A stretch of DNA of 64,000 nt from Octopus vulgaris (GCA_951406725.2 OX597836.1:13206001-13270000); one strand, 5' to 3'; counted from the stretch's first letter, positions 43,163-56,266 are shown. Numbers and translations: made by a program. Notes: generated by a model not told the origin, from the letters alone.

Positions 43163-45205
43163 GTAAGTGGAACTTGAAGCTCATGTGTTCATTTGCGGCT
43201 GGCTTTTTACACTGAAAGACATTGAAAATGTCGAGTCGAGGTGTTGGCATATATTGTTTGCTTGGGCATTAGGGTCTCGAGGGCTAGGCTTCACGGGTCC
43301 GGTTACTTTGTTCTCGTGGTGTATAAGTTACCGAGATCATAATATTCCACCTGAATGCGATGACATTCTGTCGCAGTGTTATTCGTTTACTAGATTGAAG
43401 CAATGTGAAAGTAAGTGTTTTGCTCATAAGCACAATGTATCTCCTGGTCCGAGAATCGATCGTGAATGCATTATGTTGTAACCCTAGATACCAACGTCTC
43501 GAATTCTAGGACTCGTAGGAGCAGTTATACGGTTTTGTTCCTTCTCGAGCCTTGCCTGGCTCATAAGGGCCGGTTTCCCAGTTTCCTTGGCGTATAGGTT
43601 CCCCACCTGGACGGGACGCCGGTCCGTCGCAGGTGAGCTGCAAGATGCAGGAGGAAAGAGTGAGAGAAAGTTGAGGCGAAAGAGTCAGCAGAAGTTTCAC
43701 CATTACCTTCTGCCAGAGCCGCATGGAGTTTAGGTGTTTCACTCATAAACACACACATCGCCCGGTCTGAGATTCGAACCCGCGATCCCTCGACCGCGAG
43801 TCCGCTGCTCTAACCACTAGGCCATGTGCCTCTACTGTTATACGGTTTCCGTAGCGTTCAAGTGACTGAACGCTATCACAACACCGCAACGCCCTAAACA
43901 GAACTCCAGTCCGTTGTAGGTTTACTTATTTAACAACAGAATGAAATAGAACATTGTGAAATAAAGATTTTCGCTGAAGAATACAACGCACCGCCCAGTA
44001 AAAGGATCGACCCCATGATCTTGAAATTGAGAGTGCAACACCTTAACCACTAGGCCACGTGACCACGCTGTTTGGTTCAGTTTGAGTTTAATCCTACTGC
44101 GTGCCACTATAGTTATGCATCGGACCAACCTTAGCCTTAGAATGAAATTTGACAGATAGAAGCATGTCTGAGGGTTTGTCCCGGTTATTTGCTGGTACCC
44201 TTTGCCTATTGTTTTTTTAATATCTCTGCCACATCTATGGTTGACTTATAACGGAGTCCACTTTGGCATTCATCAAAATTTCCTATTTTCTCTTCGCCAA
44301 TATTGCGGTCCTGAAAGAAGTCAGAGATGAATTTTCTTTGAATTAGTATTTAAAAAAAAAATTGTAATCCTGGCTATGTTGTTGATAGGCTTTCTTTGCA
44401 ACTACGTGATTTTAGGTTCAGACTCACTGCGTGACACATTGCGTGCGTGTCTTCTGTAATAGCCCCGGGCCGGCCAATGTGAATTTGATACAAGGAAACA
44501 AGGAATTTGATACAAGGAAACAAGGAATTTGATACAAGGAAGCCCGTTGTATAACAACAGACAATTGAGCTTCACAGCTACCAACCGTGTCAATTGTGAA
44601 ACACAACTGCCGGTTTATACTGCTACTACATAAACCTGAAGATTGCGGAAAGTATGAAAACACTTGTATTATTATAACAAGTAGTTTAAGGCGGTGTGCT
44701 GGCAGAGCTGTTAGCATGTCAGAAAAAAATGCTTGGCGACATTTCGTCTGCCATTGCGCTCTGTGTTCAAATACCGCCGAGGTCGACTTAGCTTTTCATC
44801 CTTTCGGGGTCTATAAAGTAAGTACTAGTGAAACCCTGGGGTCGATGTGATCGACTAGTCCCTACCTCCAAAATTTCAGGCTTTGTGTTTCTAGTAGAAC
44901 GGATTATTATAAAATGTAATTTCTGAGTTCAAATTCCGGCGCGGTCAACTTTACCTTCCAGCCCTTCGGGGTTGATAAATTAAGTATCAGTGAAACACTG
45001 GGGTTCATGTAATCAACTAGTCCCTTCCCCACAAATTTCAGGCCTTGTGCCTTTAGTAGAAATGGTTATTATAATATGTAATATTATAAAGCATACAAAA
45101 ATAAGACATGAAAAATGTCGAAGACTGATTGACTAACACACACACGAGTGCGCAACCCCCCACGCAGGCACACAACCGAATTGACTCACTTTCTATTCAT
45201 TTCAG

Positions 45206-45318
45206 AACCTCATAAAACGTTGCAAGTGATGCTGCAACTACAACTACCCTGGATTACTGCTTACCTAAGTAATACTTCGTCAGAATATCGTAGTTTAAAA
45301 GATAAACTAACGGGAAAC
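45206..45318 (+). CDS. Adhesion GPCR exon 4: SEA domain start
   Basis: ttcag|AA...AAC|gtgagt; EPHKTLQVMLQLQLPWITAYLSNTSSEYRSLKDKLTGN; phase 1-0. Confidence 0.88.
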
Positions 45319-46784
45319 GTGAGTAAACCTTATTAAACTTTATATCATATGATGCAAGTCGAGTTCTTAAATAGAAGTTAAACCCTTTAAATACGGCAAT
45401 GTTCAGCAGGATTAAAAAATAAAAAATAAATGCACCCTTTTAAAGCCTAGCCAGTCGAAGAGTGGAATTTATTGTATTACAATTCTTTAGTTACGAACGT
45501 TTCAATACTACATGTTACATGCCAGATTCATTTCAAATCATAACTTACCATCTTTATAAAGCAGTGGAATAGACTGGCTCATGTAATCTTCGATACCTTA
45601 GACACCTTAGATAATGTAGTCTTGGGATAGTCGCTGTTGGATTATCTTTGAAATACGCCTACACTCTCATGCTCAGAGGCTAAGCAGTTGCCAACAACAT
45701 AAGAGAGGAGCCAAAACGGGAGCCTGTACATGGTTACCCAATCTGCTAGAACTACGATGTCAATTCTCTCACACTCAAATCCCTCATAGATGGGATATAC
45801 CGATTGATATAGTCCTAGATAGGTAATGCACCTGATAAGACTGGGATTGTGAAGGTTGAGATGTCGCAAGAACAGTGGCATGACAACGACGATGGTAGGC
45901 ACAACAAAAACAAAAACAGCCGCGACGGTGAAGCCGGTGACACCGACAGACAGAATACGATGGCGTTTGGCTTACAAAAGTGCATTGCAATTACCAAGCG
46001 GAAACATCCTTGTGACTAGACAGCCAGACAGATGAATTTATAAATATGCTAAGAATGCGTTAAGAAGATACAATATATAGTCAGGCGCAGGAGTGGCTGT
46101 TTGGTAAGTAGCTTGCTAACCAACCACATGGTTCCGGGTTCAGTCCCACTGCGTGGCATCTTGGGCAAGTGTCTTCTGCTATAGCCCCGGGCCGACCAAT
46201 GCCTTGTGAGTGGATTTGGTAGACGGAAACTGAAAGAAGCCTGTCGTATATATGTATATATATATAAGTGTGTGTGAATATGTTTGTGTGTCTGTGTTTG
46301 TTCCCCTAGCATTGCTTGACAACCGATGCTGGTGTGTTTACGTCCCCGTCACTTAGCGGTTCGGCAAAAGAGACCGATAGAATAAGTACTGGGCTTACAA
46401 AGAATAAGTCCCGGGGTCGAGTTGCTCGACTAAAGGCGATGCTCCAGCATGGCCGCAGTCAAATGACTGAAACAAGTAAAAAAAAAAGAGAGTCTTACAA
46501 TAAAAACGGTATTAAAATTATATACACAAAATTCTGTGTATATAATTTTAATACCGTTTTAATTGTAAGCAGTACTATATATTGTATACTCTTTTACTCT
46601 TTTACTTGTTTCAGTCATTTGACTGCGGCCATGCTGGAGCACCGCCTTTAGTCGAGCAAATAGACCCCGGGACTTATTCTTTTGTAAGCCCAGTACTTAT
46701 TCTATCGGTCTGTTTTGCCGAACCGTTAAGTGACGGGGACGTAAACACACCAGCATCGGTTGTCAAGCAATGCTAGCGGGACAA

Positions 46785-46848
<64 letters not shown>

Positions 46849-47025
46849 GACAGGCTTCCTTCAGTTTCCGTCTACCAAATCCACTCACAAGGCATTGGTC
46901 GGCCCGGGGCTATAGCAGAAGACACTTGCCCATGATCTGGCAAGCAGTGGCCTTAATTGATGGTTGGTCTGAGAGTAAAAACGTTTACACTGATTTTATT
47001 ATAATATGTTCCGTTTTATTTTCAG

Positions 47026-47075
47026 GCGATAGAAGTACTCAAAGACAAGGTGGTCATAACAAACCTCAGCTTTAA
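47026..47075 (+). CDS. Adhesion GPCR exon 5: SEA domain (50 bp)
   Basis: ttttcag|GCG...TTTAA|gtaagt; AIEVLKDKVVITNLSF; phase 0-2. Confidence 0.85.
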
Positions 47076-47105
47076 GTAAGTGTATATATATTAGATATTA
47101 CGTTA

Positions 47106-47196
<91 letters not shown>

Positions 47197-47792
47197 ATGT
47201 GCAAGAGCTGTGTTAGACAGTCGTTGTTGCAGCGAAAGACATGCTGGTTTGGATTTAGGAGTTTGTGGCTCCCCAGGAAGCCAGCTATCCTTGATCTTAC
47301 TATCCTTTCAAACACTTTAATTGTATGGGAGGTGAGTGAGATTGGGCGATAGTTGACTGCGAGGGATCTATTTCCCTGTTTGAAAACCGGGATGACAGAC
47401 TGGGATAAGAGCTCTTTCGGTATATAACATGAGCCTAATCTATATATTGACCAACCATAAAGGGCTAATATTGGTAAAATGAGACATAATTATCGACATG
47501 GCCGAAACAGCTGTAAGATCTAATTTATACTTATATTTATATTTACTTGTATTTATATTCTCTTTTATATATATTCCACTTATTATACAACATTACTCTT
47601 TTATGTACACTTTTTTATGTACATTCCTTTATGTACACTGATTTGTTCTGCTTTTTTATGTTTAACCCTACAGTCTCTTATGTGGTGGTTTAATAAAGTA
47701 TGTGATTGAGTATTATCTGGTAATTGATATTTGATTTAGATGTATTTCTCCATTTTCTTATCTTGTATATATATATATATATATATACATAC

Positions 47793-47873
<81 letters not shown>

Positions 47874-47977
47874 ATCCAAACAAGAAAACACAGAAAAAAA
47901 GGGGAAAAAAAGAAAAAAACACAGCAACGCAGGACGTGGAACAATTAAGTATTATTGACGCTCAGGAAAGAAGGGAA

Positions 47978-48049
<72 letters not shown>

Positions 48050-48215
48050 GTATATAAAATCAAGCTGCAAAAATTCTTATATAGTGGCAATAAAGAACGA
48101 TATACGACAGGAAGGACATGCTTATAAGTATGTGTGTGTGCATGCGTACGTATGTGTGTGTGGATATGTATATATATGTATTTATAATATAATATGCATG
48201 TATGTGTGTTTGTAC

Positions 48216-48258
<43 letters not shown>

Positions 48259-49137
48259 CACATACATACATATATACATATATACACACCTATATACACA
48301 CACACATACATCCATATATACATCTATATTCTCCCCTCTCTTATTACTCCCTTCTCTCTCTCTCTCTCTCTCCCCTGGTGCCTTCGTCCCTTTCTTTCCC
48401 TCTCTCTTTGATTCCTTGCTCCCTGCCTTTCTTTTTCTTTCTCTTTCTTCCGTGCTCTCACGTGACCGCGTTCAAACTGGTCATTTCGGCCTGACCGCGG
48501 CCACGCTCACGTCGTTTTCGTTTTTGCCGTTGAAGGCTTTTTTCATATACGCCAGCCAAGATAAGTTAAAAATTGTCTAAAGTCGTAAGACACTCCTGTC
48601 CTTTTACTGTCCACCATTCGTGTTTTTTATTTCTGTTTTTTACTTTTCTATTTTTGTTTCTTGTATTTATATTCGTGTGGCATCCTGTCTTTGTTCCGTA
48701 TACATTCGACCCTCTTTCCAAGAAATCCAATGACTGTGGCTTGGTTTTTCCTTGGGGTTGGCCGGGTCGGAGTAATATCGAGATTAAACAGCCGAAATTA
48801 CTAAGATGATCCGGTTCCCGACTGAAGATTAGAGGCTTCGAGTGACCCGTCTGTTTTTTTGTGTCGTCTCCTTGTGTGTTTTTGCGTTCTTGTCCCACTT
48901 TGTAATTTATATTTCATATTAAATTCTATACATATATATATATACACACATATATATATATATATGTATGTATGTATATAAAATCAAGCTGCAAAAATGC
49001 TTATACAGTGGCAATAAAGAACGATGTACAACAGGAAGGAGATGCTTATAAGTATGTGTGTGTGGATATGTATATATATGTATTTATAATATAATATGCA
49101 TGTAATATAATATGAATGCATGTATGTGTGTTTGTAC

Positions 49138-49186
<49 letters not shown>

Positions 49187-49414
49187 TAATCCAAACAAGA
49201 AAACACAGAAAAAAAGAGAAAAAAACACAGCAACGCGAGGACGTGGAACAATTAAAGTATTATTTGACGCTCAGGAAAGAAGGGAAGGAGGGTTTAACGT
49301 TTCGAGCGGAGCTCTTCGTCGGAAACAAGGAGAAGGAAAGATCCCAAGAAGGGAAGACAGAGGAAAAAATATTTTTGCTGGTGGTGCTCAAGAGATCACA
49401 TGTTGAAAGATCAC

Positions 49415-49467
<53 letters not shown>

Positions 49468-49640
49468 TACATACATATATACATATATACATACATATAT
49501 ACACACACACACATACATCCATATATACATCTATATATATACACACACACCCATACATACACACACGCACGTATGCAAGTTTAAATATATATTTTGTTAC
49601 ACATTTTCTATATGCATTTACCATTCTTTTAATTTTTAAG

Positions 49641-49774
49641 GCCTGGTAGTGTGGTCGCAGACTTTTCTCTGCGCATGAGATCCTCAATCGATGGAGAGAA
49701 ACTCATTAAGGACTCAGTGACTTCCGGTTCCTTTGGTCAGATACCTGTAAACAAAACTTTTGATCCGTTTTCAA
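49641..49774 (+). CDS. Adhesion GPCR exon 6: SEA domain with GSVV motif
   Basis: tttttaag|G...TCAA|gtgaga; KPGSVVADFSLRMRSSIDGEKLIKDSVTSGSFGQIPVNKTFDPFS; phase 2-1. Confidence 0.88.
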
Positions 49775-49933
49775 GTGAGATATTTTTCTTCTTAGATTTT
49801 TGTCTTTTCTTTTTCATCGTGTTTATTTTCTGTCTTTAATGCGGCGAGCTGACAGAATCTTCAGCTCGCCGGACGAAATGCTTAGCAGTATTTCGTCCGT
49901 CGCTCCGTTCTGAGTCCGAATTACGCCTAGGTC

Positions 49934-49984
<51 letters not shown>

Positions 49985-49989
<5 letters not shown>

Positions 49990-50258
49990 TGTTACATTAC
50001 TCAATAGTCAAGATAAAACTCTGAGTTTCAGATGCCGAAGTGGAAATCCACAACACCATCTCTTCGGTTATCTGGCTATCTCCACTAAGAGCTAATACGG
50101 CTTTTTTGGATTATCGCCTAACATCGGTTGAGGACTCTTACACACAGAAGAATTTAATATGGAGATAGCCAGATAACCGAAGAGATGGTGTTGTGGATTT
50201 CCACTTTGGCATCTGAAACTCAGAGTTTTATCTTGACTATCGAGTAATGTAACATATT
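49985..50258. mobile_element. Inverted-repeat element (about 100-bp arms), each arm with a hammerhead-like motif, between (TA)n tracts
   Basis: Arms 49985-50084 and 50159-50258; motif GAUAA-CCGAAGA-GAUG..CAUC-u-GAAAC-UCAGA-GUU-UUAUC at 50172-50232(+) and 50012-50072(-). Confidence 0.75.
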
Positions 50259-50336
50259 ATTTTATAGATAAATTTCCTCTATTTACATAATATTGAGGTC
50301 TCTTTCTTTCTTTTGTTATCTTACCGTTTTTACCAA

Positions 50337-50395
<59 letters not shown>

Positions 50396-50809
50396 TCTTT
50401 TACTCTATTACTTGTTTCAGTCATTTGACTGCGGCCATGCTGGAGCACCGCCTTTAGTCGAGGAAATCGACCCCCATGACTTATTCTTTGGAAGCCTAGT
50501 ACTTATTCTATCGGTCTCTTTTGCCGAACCGCTAAGTTACGGGGACGTAAACACACCAGCATCGGTTGTCAAGCGATGTTGCAGGGACAAACACAGACAC
50601 ACAAACATATACACACACATACATATGCATATATATATACATATATACGACGGGCTTCTTTCATTTTCCGTCTACCAAATCCACTTCACAAGACTTTTGT
50701 CGGCCCGAGACTATAGTAGAAGACACTCGCCCAAGGTGCCACGCAGTGGGAATGAACCCGGGACCATGTGGTTGGTAAGCAAGCTACTTACCACACAGCC
50801 GCTCCTGCG

Positions 50810-50888
<79 letters not shown>

Positions 50889-51229
50889 ATATATATGTAT
50901 ATATATGGGTACAGGATGTGCCAACTGTAAACAACGTGAAGTACTAAAACAAACAACGAGAGAAAGGAAAATGGCAAACAGGACAAGAAACACACGGAAC
51001 GACACTTCATCAGTTGTCGACTGTTTATCTACTCCTCATTTCGAACATTCAACGACAATATGAGTCTTCGACGACAGTTACTCCCATAACTTCCAAATAT
51101 ATGTGTCACCCCTCATTCCTCTCTTTTTACTTCGCTCTCTGTCTCTCTCTCTCTCCTTCTCTTTCTCTGTCAGCATACCAATTAACGGATCTGTTTGTTC
51201 TTTATTCTTTACGAAAATTCTACCACCAG

Positions 51230-51472
51230 ATATTACGGGAAGTATTTCCTTAAACATCCAGAACCAGAGAATTTCAATCTATGAGAATTCAACGCTGTCC
51301 ATAAAATGTAAGGGACAGATTTCTAACACACAAACCCTGTCCGCCGGACATGCGCTCATTTGGACATTGAAAGGCTTTGAAATTAACAGTAAAAGCGAAT
51401 CGAGGATCCATACTGCTCAAAAGCCAGAAGGAAACATCCTGAAATTTAAGACTGTAAAATTATCTGATAAAG
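51230..51472 (+). CDS. Adhesion GPCR exon 7: Ig-like domain 1
   Basis: ccag|AT...AAAG|gtgagt; ENSTLSIKCKG...LIWTLKG...LKFKTVKLSDKG; phase 1-1. Confidence 0.85.
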
Positions 51473-51512
51473 GTGAGTAGAATTATCTGAATACACTAGC
51501 TTATATCTTTTA

Positions 51513-52489
51513 TTGGGTTGTCCGAAAAGTTCGTGCCGATTTTTAAAGGAAAGAAAAAGGTCAATAAATACTTGCCATTACCCAAGCTTTACCAGGGGCT
51601 TGTGAACGACGGATTTTGATAGGTTGAGGTTTTCTGCCAATTCTCGGGTTGCGCAATGTGGGTTATTCTCAATGAATGACTTGATTTGGTCACCATCTGT
51701 AGTGGATGGTCTGCCTGATCGCTCTTTATCAATAAGGTTACAATCTCCAGCTCGGAACCTTGCGAACCACTTCCGTACAGTTCTTTCGGATAAAGGAACA
51801 TCATCGTAAACTGCGCATATTTCTTTGGTTGCTTGTGAGACATTTTTCCCTTCACGGAAAAAGAAAAGCATCAAGTGCCGAAAATGAACTTTCTGCAGAG
51901 ACTTGAATAAGTGGAAACTCGAAGGAGCAATATCTGGTGAATATGGAGGGTGAGGTAACACATTCCAGCCGACCTGCAGCAATTTTTATCTGGTTCCCAA
52001 AGCATCAAGTGCCGAAAATGAACTTTCTGCAGAGACTTGAATAAGTGGAAACTCGAAGGAGCAATATCTGGTGAATATGGAGGGTGGGGTAACACATTCC
52101 AGCCGAGCTGCAGCAATTTTTATCTGGTTCCCAAAGCATCAAGTGCCGAAAATGAACTTTCTGCAGAGACTTGAATAAGTGGAAACTCGAAGGAGCAATA
52201 TCTGGTGAATATGGAGGGTGGGGTAACACATTCCAGCCGAGCTGCAGCAATTTTTGTCTGGTTCCCAAAGCATCAAGTGCCGAAAACGAACTTTCTTATC
52301 TTCCATTTTAAAGGGTTACAGAATTAACATAGGTTATAGGAACATAAACCTTCTTCCACGAAAAGATAGCTTAAAGTGTATTCTAAATAGAGGTGTAGTC
52401 AAATCCTATTTTATGGACCCAACCATGTTCTAAAATAATTCAAAAGGTAAAGCTACTATAAATCGGCACGAACTTTCCGGACAACTCAA
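51513..52489 (-). mobile_element. Internally deleted and rearranged mariner with TIRs and TA duplication
   Basis: ta|ttgggttgtccgaaaagttcgtgccgattt ... aaatcggcacgaactttccggacaactcaa|ta; HTH region ERTVRKWFARFRAGD...RSGRP; solo end at 61230-61285. Confidence 0.92.
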
Positions 52490-52579
52490 TATTTGTTTCA
52501 GTCATTAGATTGTGGACATTTAAGCAAGACTTCGTTTTGTACCCAACAACCCCTACTATTTTGCATTTTATTGTTTTTT

Positions 52580-53170
52580 TTTTCTACACAAACTCCCGTT
52601 TTCGGCTACGGAGAATACAAATCTGCAAAAAAAAAAAAAAAAAAATCAATTGGCAAAAAGCAGCATTTTTAAATTACCCCACCCCTAATTTCTTCATTTT
52701 AAACTTTTTTCAGAATTTTTTTTCAAAATATGCGGAAAAATATGAAGATTATGATTGCAAAAAAAATTTCTAAAAATTTTTGTAAAATTTTTTTTTCAGA
52801 ATTTTTTTTCAAAATATGCGGAAAAATACAGAGATTCTGAAAAAAATTTACAAAACTTTTTGTAAAATTTTTTTTTCAGAATTTAAAAAAAAAAATATGC
52901 GGAAGAATATGAAAATTATGATTATAAAAAAAAATTCCAAAAATTAAAAAAAAATTTTTTTTTCAGAATTTTTTTTCAAAATATGCGGAAAAATACAGAG
53001 ATTATGATTCTGAAAAAAAAATACCCCAAATTTTTATAGTTAGGGTTAGGGAAAAAAGACAAAAAGGAAGAAATTGAAGGGGAAGCGGGGACAAAATTTC
53101 AAAATGCCGATTTTTGGCAATTTTCCGGATTCTCCGTATCCGAAAACGGGGTTTTTTGGAAAAAAAAAAC
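52580..53170. mobile_element. TIR-bounded AT-rich element with internal tandem units
   Basis: ccgttttcggctacggagaat / attctccgtatccgaaaacgg; aaaatatgcggaa repeated four times. Confidence 0.55.
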
Positions 53171-53419
53171 TAAAAAAAAAAATTCGGAGAAAATGGTGGA
53201 GAACGAGAGGGAGTCTTTCCGACATTTATGCAAGGCACCGCGCAGTACGACAAAATTGAACCTGAAACTGTTTGGTTGCAGACCAAGCTTCTTAACCCCA
53301 TAACCGAAATGCTTAGCAGTATTTCGTCTGTCGCTATATTCTGGCCACCGAATAATTGTCATATAATTGTCACATATCTGCACTCATAATTTGAAACAAA
53401 AAATTGTTTATTTTTTCAG

Positions 53420-53611
53420 GTACAGCACGGTGTTTCTTTGGAGGCGCCGTCAGAGCGAATACTTTAGAGATTGCCATAGAAGTAAAGCCTCTTCCAAGAG
53501 TTGAAATTAGCCCCAAGCCAGTATATGTAGAGGAAGGCAAAAAAGTTGACGTGTCTTGTTCCATTACCAACAACGTGAATGGCATGGTCTATATAAATTC
53601 CACTAAAGCAG
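53420..53611 (+). CDS. Adhesion GPCR exon 8: end of Ig1, start of Ig2
   Basis: tttttcag|GT...GCAG|gtattt; GTARCFF...PRVEISPKPVYVEEGKKVDVSCSI; phase 1-1. Confidence 0.9.
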
Positions 53612-53668
53612 GTATTTGTACAGCTCTTATGTGTATTTTTGCGTGTGAGTGTGTAGTGTGTATGTGTG

Positions 53669-53740
<72 letters not shown>

Positions 53741-53782
53741 TCCCTGCGAAATCACTTTCAGCATATTACTTCTTAAAGAATG

Positions 53783-53813
<31 letters not shown>

Positions 53814-54966
53814 TGTATGTATGTATGTATGTATGTATGTATGTATGTATGTATGTATGTATGTGTGTGTATGTATGTGTGTGTGTGTATGTATGTATGT
53901 ATGTATGTTAGTGAGGGCGCGTGGCTTAGTGGTTAGGGCATTCGGCTCATGATCGTAAGGTTATGAGTTCGATTCCCGGCGACGCGTTGTGTCCTTGAGC
54001 AAGACACTTTGTTTCACGTTGCTCCAGTCCACTCAGCTGGCAAAAATGAGTTGTACTTGTATTTCAAAGGGTCAGCCTTGTCACTCTCTGTGTCACGCTG
54101 ATTATCCCCGAGAACTACGTTAAGGGTACACGTGTCTGTGGAATGCTCAGCCATTTGCACGTTAATTTCACGAGCAAGCTGTTCCGTTGATCGTATCAGC
54201 TGGGACCCTCGTCGTATGTGTGTGTATGTATGTATGTATGTATGTATGTATGCATGTATGTATGTATGTATGTATGTATGCATGTTTGTATGCATGTTTG
54301 TATGTATGTATGTATGTATGTATGTGTGTGTATGTATGTATGTATGTATGTATGTATGTTTGTATGCATGTTTGTATGTATGTATGTATGTATGTATGTG
54401 TGTGTGTATGTATGTATGTATGTATGTATGTATGTATGCATGTATGTATGTATGTATGAATGTATGTGTGTGTGTGTGTGTATGTATGCATGTATGTATG
54501 TATGTATGAATGTATGTGTGTGTGTGTGTGTATGTATGCATGTATGTATGTATGTATGCATGTTTGTATGTATGTATGTATGTATGCATGTTTGTATGTA
54601 TGTATGTATGTATGTGTGTGTGTGTATGTATGTATGTATGTATGTATGTTTGTATGCATGTTTGTATGTATGTATGTATGTATGTATGTGTGTGTGTATG
54701 TATGCATGTATGTATGTATGTATGTATGCATGCATGTATGTATGTATGTATGTATGTATGAATGTATGTGTGTGTGTGTGTGTGTATGTATGCATGTATG
54801 TATGTATGTATGCATGTTTGTATGTATGTATGTATGTATGCATGTTTGTATGTATGTATGTATGTATGTATGTGTGTGTGTGTATGTATGTATGTATGTA
54901 TGTATGTTTGTATGCATGTTTGTATGTATGTATGTATGTCTGTACGTATGTATGTATGTATGTATG

Positions 54967-55000
<34 letters not shown>

Positions 55001-55084
55001 TGTATGTATGTGTGTGTATGTATGTATGTATGTATGTATGTATGTATCTGTAAATGTAATATGTGACAATTATTCGGTAGCCAT

Positions 55085-55145
55085 GATAAAACTCCGAGTT
55101 TCGGATGCCGAGGTGGAAATCCACGCCGCCATCTCTTCAGTTATC
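55085..55145 (-). ncRNA. Type-I hammerhead motif with canonical CUGAAGA/GAAA/GUU core
   Basis: GAUAA-CUGAAGA-GAUG...CAUC-c-GAAAC-UCGGA-GUU-UUAUC; decayed copy at 24832-24892(+). Confidence 0.65.
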
Positions 55146-55498
55146 TGGTCATCGGTAAAAATGCTATGAAAAAAAAAATTGAATGTATGTATGTATGTAT
55201 GTATGTATGTGACCGACCAGGCTATCAGATGTTGCTGCACATCGCTGGTCACAATGCGCTTCGCATTGTTTTAGCCTTCAAATGACGCCACCTCGCTGGC
55301 TAAGCGAGCAGGCCAACAGAAGAAAGAAAGAAAGTTGTGGCGAAAGAGTTCAGCAAGGATCGCCACCACCCCCTGTCGGAGCGTTGTGGAGCTTTAGGTG
55401 TTATTGCTCAATAAACACTCACAACGCCCGGTCTGGGAATCGAAACCGCGATCCTACAACCGCGAGTCCGCTGCTCTAACCACTGGGCCATTGCGCCT

Positions 55499-55544
<46 letters not shown>

Positions 55545-55885
55545 GTATGTAAAGCTGGACTCATGAGTCATATTTGTAGTCATAAAACGAGACAGATGAG
55601 TGACAACCTGGCCACTGGTGGTGGTGTAACACGCCATACTAATCATGTCTGCCGGGCATGTGGAAGAGAGTGTAATTCGGCAGGAGAACTTAAACGACAT
55701 GCAAAGGTACATGAAGCCCAGTTACAACTACAGCCGGCTATTACCGGTAAAAGTTTTAGTTGCCAATTTTGTACAAGACATTGTAGATCTTTAGCTGTGC
55801 TAAAAAGTCACATTCGATCACAGCACCAGTAACAGTTAAGCTTCGTGCAATGGCCATACTCGATAACGAGGGGGCAGCCATAATG
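55545..55885 (+). mobile_element. 3' end of a LINE (probably RTE clade) with C2H2-like fingers
   Basis: HVCRACGRECNSAGELKRHAKVH...FSCQFCTRHCRSLAVLKSHIRSQHQ*, short 3' UTR, then microsatellite tail. Confidence 0.6.
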
Positions 55886-56202
55886 TATGTATGTATGTAT
55901 GTATGTATGTATGTATGTATGTATGTATGTATGTATGTATGTATATATATATACATATAAATTAACAATTAAGGATAAAATCTTTAAAAGAAATTATCAG
56001 TAGTCAGCGTGAAAAACCTCGTAAGAGAAAAAAATCCGTAAATTCTTCCTCTTTGAAAATATTCATTTATATTATAATGAGGGTATTACTATTAGTAGAT
56101 ACCAACACGCTAAGAGGGACCAATGCGGTCAAAACTACTAAAAATAAACAAAATATTACCGAATGCAAAACTTCAAAACACATCATTTTAAAAAAGAATT
56201 CA

Positions 56203-56266
56203 GTTACAGATCACATGTGATTTCGCATTTAATGCAGAATATGCATTTCATGTTCGTCAGTGCAAC
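56203..56266 (-). ncRNA. Type-I hammerhead motif, best-preserved copy
   Basis: GUUGCA-CUGACGA-aCAU..AAUGCA(uauuc)UGCAUU..AUGc-GAAAU-CACAUGUG-AUC-UGUAAC. Confidence 0.72.

Noticed and set aside
41727-43250. 507-aa Val-rich antisense ORF (also 30348-31121)
   Set aside because: Mirror of Thr-rich sense codons in tandem repeats; no independent evidence.
47495-47525. GGCC-GAAAC-AGCU-GUA-AGAUC half hammerhead
   Set aside because: No matching upstream core or stem found.
51174-51229. Upstream acceptor for the Ig1 exon
   Set aside because: Would be phase 2; the previous exon ends in phase 1, which fits 51230.
53039-53051. TTAGGG repeats as a telomere remnant
   Set aside because: Only two units, inside a repeat element.
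55398-55832. Host C2H2 zinc-finger gene
   Set aside because: Isolated intronic fragment with short 3' UTR and microsatellite tail; does not fit the GPCR model and looks like a LINE end.
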